A stretch of 64,000 bases of DNA from an uncultured Candidatus Saccharibacteria bacterium (GTDB taxonomy: Bacteria; Patescibacteriota; Doudnabacteria; UBA920). The position numbers and the translations under genes are program-made. The DNA lies in NCBI GenBank assembly GCA_964561365.1, contig CAZLPF010000002.1, positions 10,068-74,067 of the forward strand, in the 5' to 3' direction. The notes beneath the pieces are model-generated. The model was not told the origin of the DNA. It did not search any database and saw nothing but the letters and a program-made list of their open reading frames with translations. Below, in pieces: positions 1-10,066 of this stretch. Positions within the stretch are counted from its first letter, which is position 1. The number at the start of each line of letters is the position of its first letter.

Positions 1-2
1 GC

Positions 3-809
3 ATGTTCCTCGTCACCGGCCCGACCGGCAGCGGCAAGTCCACGACGCTCTACACCATGCTCTCGCTGCTGAACACGAAGGGTGTGAACATTTCGACCAT
101 TGAGGACCCGGTCGAGTACCGCATCGTCGGCACGAACCAAATGCAGGTCAGCCCCAAAATTGGCCTGACGTTCGCGCTCGGCCTGCGCTCCCTGCTCCGG
201 CAGGACCCGAACATCATCATGATCGGTGAAATCCGCGACAAAGAGACGGCCGAGGAAGCGGTTCACGCCGCCATGACCGGCCACGTCGTGTTTTCCACCC
301 TCCACACGAACTCGGCGGCCGCGGCGCTGCCGCGGCTCCTGGACATTGGCGTTGAGCCGTACCTCATAGCCTCGACCATGAACGCGGTGCTCGCCCAGCG
401 CCTCGTGCGCGTCATTTGCAAAGACTGCAAGACCGAAATGAAGCTCGACGAGGCGGCCGACAGCAGCCTCCAGAAGCAGTTCCACTTCGACCGCCTCGCC
501 CGCGCCCTCGAGCGGGAGGGGCTCGTGCAGAAGGGCAGCAAGCTCCGGGGCTTCCGCGACCTGCCGTACTTCAGGGGCGAGGGCTGCGACAAGTGCAACC
601 GCACCGGCTACCGCGGCCGCATGGGCATCCACGAGGTGCTCGAGGTTACCCCCGAGATCGGCACCATGATCATGGAGCGCAAAACGTCCCAGGAGATCCA
701 GAACTACGCCGAGGAGCAGGGCATGGTTACGCTCTGGGAGGACGGGTTCATTAAGGCGACGCAGGGCGTTACGACCGTGGAGGAAATCCTCCGCGTGTCC
801 AAGGAGTAG
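3..809 (+). CDS. pilB: Type IV pilus/T2SS assembly ATPase (PilB/GspE family), 5'-truncated by window edge
   Basis: Walker [40 protein letters not shown], zinc CxxC pairs, GYRGR. Confidence 0.93.
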   Translation: MFLVTGPTGSGKSTTLYTMLSLLNTKGVNISTIEDPVEYRIVGTNQMQVSPKIGLTFALGLRSLLRQDPNIIMIGEIRDKETAEEAVHAAMTGHVVFSTLHTNSAAAALPRLLDIGVEPYLIASTMNAVLAQRLVRVICKDCKTEMKLDEAADSSLQKQFHFDRLARALEREGLVQKGSKLRGFRDLPYFRGEGCDKCNRTGYRGRMGIHEVLEVTPEIGTMIMERKTSQEIQNYAEEQGMVTLWEDGFIKATQGVTTVEEILRVSKE

Positions 810-812
810 CGC

Positions 813-2024
813 GTGGCAGAGTACGTCTACGAAGCGGTAACCCACGACGGGCGGCGCGAGTCCGCGAGCATCCAGGCGCCGTCTGCGGCCATGGCCTCGC
901 GCCTGCTCAAGGAGCAGGGGCTCCTGCCGACGCTCGTGCGCGAGAAGAAGACGACCGGCATTCTCGACCGGCTCCGCTCTATTTCGAACATTTCGCTCGA
1001 CGAGAAAATCGGCTTCATTTCCAACCTCGCCATCATGCTGAAAGCCGGCATCCCGCTCGCCCGCGGCATCAGCATCTTGGGCAGGCAGACGCAGAACGTC
1101 CGCTTCCGGGGCATTATTGCCGACGTGCACAGCCAGGTAGAGTCCGGTAAGCCCCTCGGCGAGGCTATGGCCAAGTACCCGGGCGTGTTCTCCGACATTT
1201 TCGTGAGCATGGTCAAGGTCGGCGAGCTCTCCGGCAACCTCGAGAAGAGCCTCGACTACCTCAACGTCCAGCTCTCGCGCGAAGCCGAGCTCCGGGCCAA
1301 GGTCAAGGGCGCCATGATTTACCCCTCGGTCATTGTCGGGGCCATGGTCATCATCGGCGTGCTCATGGCGGTGTTCGTTCTGCCGAAGCTGACCTCGGTG
1401 TTCAAGGACTTCAACACCGACCTGCCCATTACCACGCGCATCATCATGGCCATTGCAGACTTCGCCGGCGCGCACGCCTTCCTCATGATCGGCGGGATTG
1501 TGGCGTTCGCTGCCGGCTTCATTGCCCTGCTGAAGACCGAGCCGGGCGGTCGGGCCTTCGACTGGCTCACCATCCGCATGTTCGTCATCGGCACCGTGGT
1601 TCGCAAGGTCAACCTCGCCCGGTTCGCCCGCATCTTGAGCTCCCTGCTCAAGAGCGGCATCCCCATTGTCCAGAGCCTCGAGGTTACCGGCCAGGCCATG
1701 GGCAACGTCCACTACCGCGAGCGCGTGGTGCAGGGCGGCGCGGACGTGAAGACCGGCAAACCCCTGTCCGAGTCGCTCGGGAGAGACACCGTGCTCTTCC
1801 CGGTGCTCGTCGTTCAGATGCTCCAGGTGGGGGAGGAGAGCGGCACCGTGGAGGTTATCCTCGAAGAGCTCGCCGGCCACTACGAGGACCAGGTCGACGA
1901 TACCTTGAAGAACCTCTCCTCGGTCATTGAGCCCATCCTGCTGCTCATCATCGGCGGGGTGGTGGGTTTCCTCGCACTCGCGCTCATCGGGCCCATTTAC
2001 AACATTAGCCAGACCATCAACTAA
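813..2024 (+). CDS. pilC: Type IV pilus platform protein (PilC/GspF family)
   Basis: Two T2SSF-like repeats (VGELSGNL, VGEESGTV), AMIYP, EPILL; directly follows pilB. Confidence 0.92.
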   Translation: MAEYVYEAVTHDGRRESASIQAPSAAMASRLLKEQGLLPTLVREKKTTGILDRLRSISNISLDEKIGFISNLAIMLKAGIPLARGISILGRQTQNVRFRGIIADVHSQVESGKPLGEAMAKYPGVFSDIFVSMVKVGELSGNLEKSLDYLNVQLSREAELRAKVKGAMIYPSVIVGAMVIIGVLMAVFVLPKLTSVFKDFNTDLPITTRIIMAIADFAGAHAFLMIGGIVAFAAGFIALLKTEPGGRAFDWLTIRMFVIGTVVRKVNLARFARILSSLLKSGIPIVQSLEVTGQAMGNVHYRERVVQGGADVKTGKPLSESLGRDTVLFPVLVVQMLQVGEESGTVEVILEELAGHYEDQVDDTLKNLSSVIEPILLLIIGGVVGFLALALIGPIYNISQTIN

Positions 2025-2060
2025 CGGTGCCCCGCGAACCCTTGGTATACTGAAACTGAT

Positions 2061-3122
2061 TTGTTCAACCTCTTCGGCAAAACCCAGGACGCCTTCGGCC
2101 TCGACGTGAGCACGAGCTCGGTGCACATCGTGCAGTTTCGCGGTACCCCAAAGAGCCTTTCGGTCCAGGCCTTCGCCCAGGTGCCGCTCACGAAGGGCGT
2201 GGTGACCGGCGACGAGGTAACCGACAGCAAGGCGTTTTCCCAGGCCGTGGACCAGGCCATGCACCAGCCGCAGTACGGCAGCGTGTCGAGCCGGTACGCC
2301 GTGGTGAACATCCCGGAGGCGAAAGCCTTCGTCCGCGTCATTCAAATTCCCGTCATGACCGAGACCGAGGCCGAGAGCGCGGTGCCGGTCGAGTCGGAGA
2401 ACTTCATTCCGCTCCCCATTGACCAGGTCTACCTCGACTGGCAGATCCTCGGCACCGACGGCGACAAGATGAATGTTCTCATCGTCGCGGCCCCGCGCGA
2501 GTACGTTGACCGCTACATTGAGATTTTAGAGCGCGCCGGCGTTCAGGTGGCGGCGCTCGAGGTCGAGTCCCAGAGCTGCCACCGGGCGCTCGTGGACTGG
2601 AGCTCGGGCCCGACGGCGCTCATCGTCGACCTGGCCGCGAACCACACGAACCTCATTGTCGTCGAAGACGGGAACCTCCACTTCACCTCGACCATTCCGG
2701 TGGCCGGCAACGCCTTCACCGAAGCCATTGCCCGGAGCCTCGGGGTGGCGAGCGTGAAAGCCGAAGCGGTCAAGCGGAAGGTCGGCTTCACGAACACCGC
2801 CGAGTACCCGAACGTTAAAACCGCCCTCGAGCCCGTCCTGAACGTGCTCGCGAGCGAGGTGAAGAACGTGGCCTCGTTCTACCGCGAGCACGCCGGCCGC
2901 GAGGTTGCCACGGTGCTGCTGACCGGCGGGAGCGCCCGCCTTACGGGGCTGGCCGAATTTTTGCAGGCGGCCCTGAAGCCGAGCGGTATTTCCCAGGTGC
3001 TGCTCGCCGATCCGTGGCGGAACGTGCCCGGCCTGCGCCAGCGGCCGTTCGACGCCCAGGAGAGCCTGAACTTCACCACCGCCATCGGGCTCGCGCTCCG
3101 CGGCGTTAACTTCGCCGAGTAA
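2061..3122 (+). CDS. pilM: Type IV pilus assembly protein PilM
   Basis: Actin-like motifs FGLDVS, LIVDLAA, LLTGGSA, FTTAIGLALR; pil cluster context. Confidence 0.88.
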   Translation: MFNLFGKTQDAFGLDVSTSSVHIVQFRGTPKSLSVQAFAQVPLTKGVVTGDEVTDSKAFSQAVDQAMHQPQYGSVSSRYAVVNIPEAKAFVRVIQIPVMTETEAESAVPVESENFIPLPIDQVYLDWQILGTDGDKMNVLIVAAPREYVDRYIEILERAGVQVAALEVESQSCHRALVDWSSGPTALIVDLAANHTNLIVVEDGNLHFTSTIPVAGNAFTEAIARSLGVASVKAEAVKRKVGFTNTAEYPNVKTALEPVLNVLASEVKNVASFYREHAGREVATVLLTGGSARLTGLAEFLQAALKPSGISQVLLADPWRNVPGLRQRPFDAQESLNFTTAIGLALRGVNFAE

Positions 3123-3676
3123 TGAAGCTCGTCAACCTCCTCCCCAAGCGCAAGCAGCAAGAGCTCCGGTTTGAGCGCTTCTACCGGGCGTGCCTGACGT
3201 TCCTCGGGCTGTCCTGGGCCGTGTACCTGTTCGCCTTCGCCGGCCAGTACGCCACCAAGCTCTACCTCGGCAGCGTCGAAAAGGACCTCGTGGCCCAGAA
3301 CTCGAACCTGAGGCGCCAGGTCGACAAGCAAGACAACGCGAGCGTCAAGCAGCAGGTCAAGGAGCTCAACGGTTTCATTACCGACTACCAGCAGCTCGCG
3401 AGCACCACGCCGCGCTGGTCGAAGGTCCTCCGGGCCTTCTCCGAGCTCCCGCCCGACGGCGTGCAGGTTACGAGCGTCACCGCCGACGTCGGCCGGCGCA
3501 CGGTGAGCATCCGGGGCTTCGCCCCCGAGCGCGAGCAGGTCATAGAGTTCTACAACCGTATCCGCGCCGACGCAGACCACTTCGAGGCCGTGGACTACCC
3601 GCTCGAGAACGTCGAGCGCCCGAGGAACGTCAGCTTCCACTTCTCCTTCGTCGTTAAAGATTCTGTCCTGCGCTGA
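3122..3676 (+). CDS. PilN-like protein
   Basis: N-terminal VNLLP motif, one TM, coiled coil; overlaps pilM stop. Confidence 0.75.
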   Translation: MKLVNLLPKRKQQELRFERFYRACLTFLGLSWAVYLFAFAGQYATKLYLGSVEKDLVAQNSNLRRQVDKQDNASVKQQVKELNGFITDYQQLASTTPRWSKVLRAFSELPPDGVQVTSVTADVGRRTVSIRGFAPEREQVIEFYNRIRADADHFEAVDYPLENVERPRNVSFHFSFVVKDSVLR

Positions 3677-4218
3677 TGTCGGCCCGCGGAAAAATTATCG
3701 TGGTGGCCGCGCTCTGGGTGCTGTCTGCCGGCGCCATGTTCGGCTTGGGGTTCGGCTGGCTCAACGAGCAGAACGACCTCCAGCTCAAGAAGCTCCAGGA
3801 CCAGACGCGCGACCAGCAGCTGCTCTTGGCTGAGCAGGACAGTTTCCAGAAGGCCAAGCGCGACGTGGAAGAGGCCAGCAAGGCCGCCCACCAGCCGGCC
3901 GAGCTGTTCAGCAAAGACGTGACGCTCGTGAACGAGATTAAGACGCTCGAGGACGTAACGGCGAGCCTCCACCTCGACTTCACGCTCTCCGGCCTCTCGG
4001 GAACGGTGCAGCGCGCGCCGAAGGCCAAAACGCAGTCCGAGCTCGTCCAGCTCCCGTATACCGTGTCGGTCTCCGGATCGTTCGCCGACGTGGTGGCCTT
4101 CCTGGAGACGCTCGAGAACCTGCCGTTCATTACCCAGGTCAGCGCCATTTCGTTCTCGGCCGGCAGCGGCGGGAAGACGGCCGCGAGCTTCACCGCCAGT
4201 TTCTTCGTCCGCAAGTAA
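3676..4218 (+). CDS. PilO-like protein
   Basis: N-terminal TM, coiled coil, VSGSFADVVAFLETLENLP typical of PilO; follows PilN. Confidence 0.72.
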   Translation: MSARGKIIVVAALWVLSAGAMFGLGFGWLNEQNDLQLKKLQDQTRDQQLLLAEQDSFQKAKRDVEEASKAAHQPAELFSKDVTLVNEIKTLEDVTASLHLDFTLSGLSGTVQRAPKAKTQSELVQLPYTVSVSGSFADVVAFLETLENLPFITQVSAISFSAGSGGKTAASFTASFFVRK

Positions 4219-4232
4219 CCCCCGATCCTCCC

Positions 4233-4538
4233 GTGGCCAAAGTCAGCACCAAGCTTTACTGGCTCCAGCTCAAAACCTCGCTCAGGCGCCTGCCGACGAA
4301 CGTCAGCCTCATTTTTACGTTCCTCCTGGCCGCGCTCGCGGTGGCGGCCCTCCTGGCCGCCAAGCCGTCGCTCGACACCGTCGAACGCAGCGGCGAGCAG
4401 CCCGAAGTCAGGGCCTCGCGAGGCGTGCGGGTTAACTTCGGCGAGCTTTCGGAGGCCGGTAAGCGCATTGACGCCTGGGCCGATTTCCAGCCCGGGTCTC
4501 CGCCGAGCCGCGACCCGTTCAAGCCGGTCTTGCCGTGA
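4233..4538 (+). CDS. Small membrane protein ending the pil cluster (PilP position)
   Basis: One TM, C-terminal RDPF; native codon usage. Confidence 0.55.
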   Translation: MAKVSTKLYWLQLKTSLRRLPTNVSLIFTFLLAALAVAALLAAKPSLDTVERSGEQPEVRASRGVRVNFGELSEAGKRIDAWADFQPGSPPSRDPFKPVLP

Positions 4539-4593
4539 CAGCCTAGGCTGTAGCTGGTAGGATTCCGGGAGCTGGCGGCCGCCTCCCGCTGGG

Positions 4594-4668
4594 GTCCCCG
4601 TGGTGAAACGGATATCACGGCGGTCTTCGGAACCGCTATTGGGGGTTCGAATCCCTCCGGGGACACCA
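4594..4668 (+). tRNA. tRNA-Arg(UCG)
   Basis: Acceptor GTCCCCG/CGGGGAC, anticodon arm GCGGT-CTTCGGA-ACCGC, TTCGAAT T-loop, ACCA end. Confidence 0.93.
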
Positions 4669-4681
4669 GGGGGAGGGGAGC

Positions 4682-4710
4682 TTGAAATTTTAGTGCTGTT
4701 TCGGTAGAAT
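4682..4710 (+). promoter_or_regulatory. sigma70-type promoter upstream of tRNA-Lys
   Basis: TTGAAA-17 nt-TAGAAT. Confidence 0.6.
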
Positions 4711-4834
4711 GCAGCGGTGTTTGTTGGATGTTTGTCGCCCGGTTTCGGCTGCGGACGGCACATCAAATTCCGTCCAATCGCTCACGCACAATCAAATAGT
4801 TCCGGGTTTACCCTACGTAACTTCAGTGGAGTAT

Positions 4835-4910
4835 GGGTCGGTAGCTCAGCTGGTAGAGCAGACGCCTCTTAAGCGTAAGCGCGCGGGTTCGAGCCCCGCC
4901 CGACCCACCA
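4835..4910 (+). tRNA. tRNA-Lys(CUU)
   Basis: GGGTCGG/CCGACCC acceptor, loop CTCTTAA, TTCGAGC T-loop, ACCA end. Confidence 0.93.
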
Positions 4911-4964
4911 CGGGTCAATCGTGACTGCGGTTTGCGTGTACTCGACTTCGTCGAATCCACTCCA

Positions 4965-5228
4965 ACCTCCGTCACGTTGCCCCTCTGCCCCACGAACCCC
5001 CTTCGGGTTTTCGTGGGGACCCCGACGAGCAGTTCACATTCCGTCCCTTTTCCCCATTCGAACTTTGTTCGAATGGGGACCCCGAGGGCAACAAATCATT
5101 TCAGCTTTCAGGACATTTCCCGTCTTCCCAAAAATCTTTCCGAGCTTTTTGGGGACCCCGCTAACCCTACCTCCGTCACGTTGCCCCTTTTCCCACGAAG
5201 CCCCTACTTGGTCTTCGCGGGGACCCCA
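4965..5228. repeat. Array of 4 structured hairpin repeats downstream of tRNA-Lys
   Basis: GGGGACCCC at 5015, 5075, 5151, 5219, each closing a CCC(C)-led hairpin; 20-bp identical leader at 4965-4984 and 5169-5188. Confidence 0.85.
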
Positions 5229-5272
5229 GTAGAACAGAAGAATCCGCTCGTACAATTCGCTCATTCGTTTGC

Positions 5273-6259
5273 ATGCTTACACTCCTGCTCGGACCCGACA
5301 GCTTCACCGCGAGGCGCACGGTAGAGCAGGCCGCCCAAAAAACGGGCGCGCCGGTGAGCTTCTTTTATTTTCCGGGTGACGGCGCGCCGGCGGCCTCGAG
5401 CCTGTCGGGCGGAGACCTGTTCGGCGGCGCCCACGTCTACGGGCTCGTGGGTGCGGTTTCTTCAGCCGCCTTTGGCACCGCCGACTGGGCCCGCCTCGCC
5501 GCGGGGTCGAACGCCGTGTACTGCCTCGAAGAATCGCTCGACCGGAGGAAGACCGCGACGAAAGAATTTCTCGATACCCCGGGCTTGAAAACTGAAAAAA
5601 TGGTTCTGCCCCACGGCCGCGAACTGAACCGCTGGATCGAGCGGCGGGCGGGGGAGCTGCCTCTGAGCATTGACCCGGACGCGGTCGAAGCCCTCGCCGT
5701 AGCCGCGGGCCGCGACGACGCCGAAGAGGTTCGGGCCGGCGGCGCCGTGGTCTCGGTCACCGAAACGTTCAGCCTCTGGCAGGTCGACGGCGAACTGCGG
5801 AAGCTCGCGGCCTACGCCACCGGGCGCGGCATCACCTCCGCCGACGTGGCCCTGCTCGTGCCCGCCGAGCGGACCGCGAACGCCTTCGAGCTCGTAGACG
5901 CCGCCGCGGCCGGCGACCGGCCTCGCGCGGCCCTGCTCCTGGACCGTTTCCTCGGCCCCGGCGGCGAAGCCAAAGACGGGCTCATCCAGCTCACCGTGCT
6001 CCTGTCGGAGCAGCTCCGCGCCGTGCTCATCGTTCAGGACTTCACGGCCCGCCGCGTGCCCGACCAGGCCGCGCTCTCGCTCACCGGCTGGAAGCCCGGC
6101 CGCCTGTCCATGGTTCGCCGCCTCGGGGGACGGCTCCAGGAAAAGCGCGTGGCCGAGACCCTGGGCCGCCTCGAGCACCTCGATCTTGAGCTCAAGTCTT
6201 CCGGCGCTCCGGCCCGGCTGCTGCTCGACATGGTTCTCGCGCAGCTCTCGGGCCGCTGA
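5273..6259 (+). CDS. holA: DNA polymerase III delta subunit
   Basis: LLLGPDSF N-terminus, ELRKLAAY, AFELVDA, LDLELKS; typical length. Confidence 0.8.
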   Translation: MLTLLLGPDSFTARRTVEQAAQKTGAPVSFFYFPGDGAPAASSLSGGDLFGGAHVYGLVGAVSSAAFGTADWARLAAGSNAVYCLEESLDRRKTATKEFLDTPGLKTEKMVLPHGRELNRWIERRAGELPLSIDPDAVEALAVAAGRDDAEEVRAGGAVVSVTETFSLWQVDGELRKLAAYATGRGITSADVALLVPAERTANAFELVDAAAAGDRPRAALLLDRFLGPGGEAKDGLIQLTVLLSEQLRAVLIVQDFTARRVPDQAALSLTGWKPGRLSMVRRLGGRLQEKRVAETLGRLEHLDLELKSSGAPARLLLDMVLAQLSGR

Positions 6260-6369
6260 AACATTGCTCGAGGGCCGGCGTATAAGGGCTTAGGAAGGGT
6301 GGTACAATACCCGAAACAGGCAATTCATGGCGCGGCGCCCCAGGTGGCCGTGCCGGAGAAAAAAAGAAC

Positions 6370-6999
6370 ATGAACGGAAAGTTCTGGAAAGTTGCAGCGG
6401 CGGGCTTGCTGGCCGCATCAATGGTCGTCCCGGGCGCCGTAGCTTTCGCCGAAAGCGGCTCATCGTCCCCGGACCGTTCGAAAGCGGAACAGGCTGAAGA
6501 GAGAATCGAAAAGGCCAAAGAGAAGGCTGAAGCTTTGAAAGAGCGCCGCGAGAAGGCCAAACTCTGCCGTCAGGGAGAGCAGGATGCCCGTACCGCGTTC
6601 CGCAAAGCGGTCCAGGCCAACAACGCCGCGTACGCAGATGCGACCAAGGCTGCCCGCCAAGCGCTCCGCGACGCGATCAAGGCCGCGAATGAAACCTACG
6701 CGAGCTCGGTCAAAGCCGCGCTCGAGAAACGGAAAACCGACCTTGCGGCCGCCACCGACGACGCCGGCAAGAAAGTGGTCCGGGACGCCTACCGGGCTGC
6801 CGTGAAGGCCGCCCAGGACGTGCGTAAGGCCGCGCAGAAAGGCGCGAACGAGGCCTACCGGGCTGCCGTGAAGGCCGCCCAGGATAAACGCAAGGCCGCC
6901 AACCAGGCCGCGGAGCAGGCCCGCAAGGCCGCCATCAGCGCCGCGCAGGCACCCTGCCGTCCGGGCACGGCGAGCACCACCCCGACTTCTACCCAGTAA
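6370..6999 (+). CDS. Secreted Ala/Lys-rich helical repeat protein
   Basis: Signal peptide ending AVAFA; 11/22-aa periodicity; 32-nt exact repeat at 6787-6818 and 6853-6884. Confidence 0.75.
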   Translation: MNGKFWKVAAAGLLAASMVVPGAVAFAESGSSSPDRSKAEQAEERIEKAKEKAEALKERREKAKLCRQGEQDARTAFRKAVQANNAAYADATKAARQALRDAIKAANETYASSVKAALEKRKTDLAAATDDAGKKVVRDAYRAAVKAAQDVRKAAQKGANEAYRAAVKAAQDKRKAANQAAEQARKAAISAAQAPCRPGTASTTPTSTQ

Positions 7000-7006
7000 C
7001 GGTTCA

Positions 7007-7042
7007 GAAAATCCCTCCCGCTATACAGCGGGAGGGATTTTC
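7007..7042. terminator. Bidirectional intrinsic terminator
   Basis: GAAAATCCCTCCCGCT-atac-AGCGGGAGGGATTTTC between convergent genes. Confidence 0.85.
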
Positions 7043-7048
7043 GTTGCG

Positions 7049-8884
<1,836 letters not shown>

Positions 8885-9017
8885 GGGGTCTATTGCGGGG
8901 CAGAAAAAAATGGGCCCGGGCGTGGGGGCCACTGATGCAGCATGGTAGCACGTTCGGAGGTTACCGTCAACCTTTGGTATACTACCGGGGTCAGCGGTTT
9001 AAGCTTTCCGAAACAAA

Positions 9018-10046
9018 ATGACCCACCGAAAGATACAGATTGCGAGCTTCTTCGTTATCCTCGCCGTGGCCGGCTGGGTCGTGTGGGCCATGCTCCGGCC
9101 GTACGTGACCATCCTCCTGCTCGGGGCGGTGTTCGCGGTGCTCCTCAAGCCGCTTGAGCGCGCGCTCGTGCGCAAGCTCGGGCGCCCCGCGCTCGCGGCC
9201 TCTATCGTCATTGCAACGGTGCTCGGCTGCATCATCGTCCCGCCGGCGCTGTTCGGCCGGGCCATCGTTTCCGAGACCCTCGAAACCTACCGCGAGCTCC
9301 GCTCTTCGGACGATTCGTTCCCGCCGCCCGACGTCCGCGAGCGCCTGCCCGACTCCGTCGTCGCGGCGACCGATGCGCTCGTCCAAGGCCTTCGCGGCAG
9401 GCTCGCGAGCTTCGCCGGCAACGCCTTCCAGGCGGCCTCGAACGTGGCCTCGAACGTCGCATCGTTCTTCTTCGGGCTGTTCGTATTCCTCTTTACCCTC
9501 TACTACCTCCTCCGCGACGGCGACCGCATTCTCCAGGTCACCGCGGACCTGCTGCCGCTGTCCCGCGCCCACGAGAACACCATCTTCACGAAGCTGTCGG
9601 AAGCCGTCAACGGTGTGGTGAAGGGTTCGCTGCTCGTCGCGCTCTCGCAGGGCGTGCTCGCGACCATCGGCTTCTGGATTTTCGGTTTGCCCCAGCCGCT
9701 GCTCTGGGGCACCTTCGCCACGGTGGCCTCGCTCCTGCCGACCATCGGCACCGCCATTGCCACGGTTCCCGCGGCGCTCTACCTGCTCGCGAGCGGCGGC
9801 GTGCTGCCGGCCGCGGGCTTGGCCGCCTGGTCGCTCATCCTCGTCGGCAACGTCGACAACCTCCTGCGCCCGCAGCTCGTGGGCAGCAAGGCGAACCTCC
9901 ACCCGCTCTGGGTCCTGCTCTCGGTTATCGGCGGCATTGAGGTTTTCGGCTTCATGGGCTTCCTGCTCGGACCCATTTTTGCCGCGCTGTTCGTGACGCT
10001 CGTCGACATCTACCGTACCGACCTCCGGGGCGCCCTCACGCGGTAG
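9018..10046 (+). CDS. AI-2E family transporter
   Basis: Multi-TM; DNLLRPQL, LHPL, FGFMGFLLGP. Confidence 0.85.
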   Translation: MTHRKIQIASFFVILAVAGWVVWAMLRPYVTILLLGAVFAVLLKPLERALVRKLGRPALAASIVIATVLGCIIVPPALFGRAIVSETLETYRELRSSDDSFPPPDVRERLPDSVVAATDALVQGLRGRLASFAGNAFQAASNVASNVASFFFGLFVFLFTLYYLLRDGDRILQVTADLLPLSRAHENTIFTKLSEAVNGVVKGSLLVALSQGVLATIGFWIFGLPQPLLWGTFATVASLLPTIGTAIATVPAALYLLASGGVLPAAGLAAWSLILVGNVDNLLRPQLVGSKANLHPLWVLLSVIGGIEVFGFMGFLLGPIFAALFVTLVDIYRTDLRGALTR

Positions 10047-10066
10047 CGGACCGGCCCGAGATTTCC

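Noticed and set aside
4965-5228. CRISPR array
   Set aside because: Units are degenerate and unevenly spaced, the variable parts are self-complementary and related to each other, and no cas genes are present
4709-5324. Short ORFs over tRNA and repeat regions (also 25947-26897)
   Set aside because: They overlap tRNAs and hairpin repeats and show no coding signal
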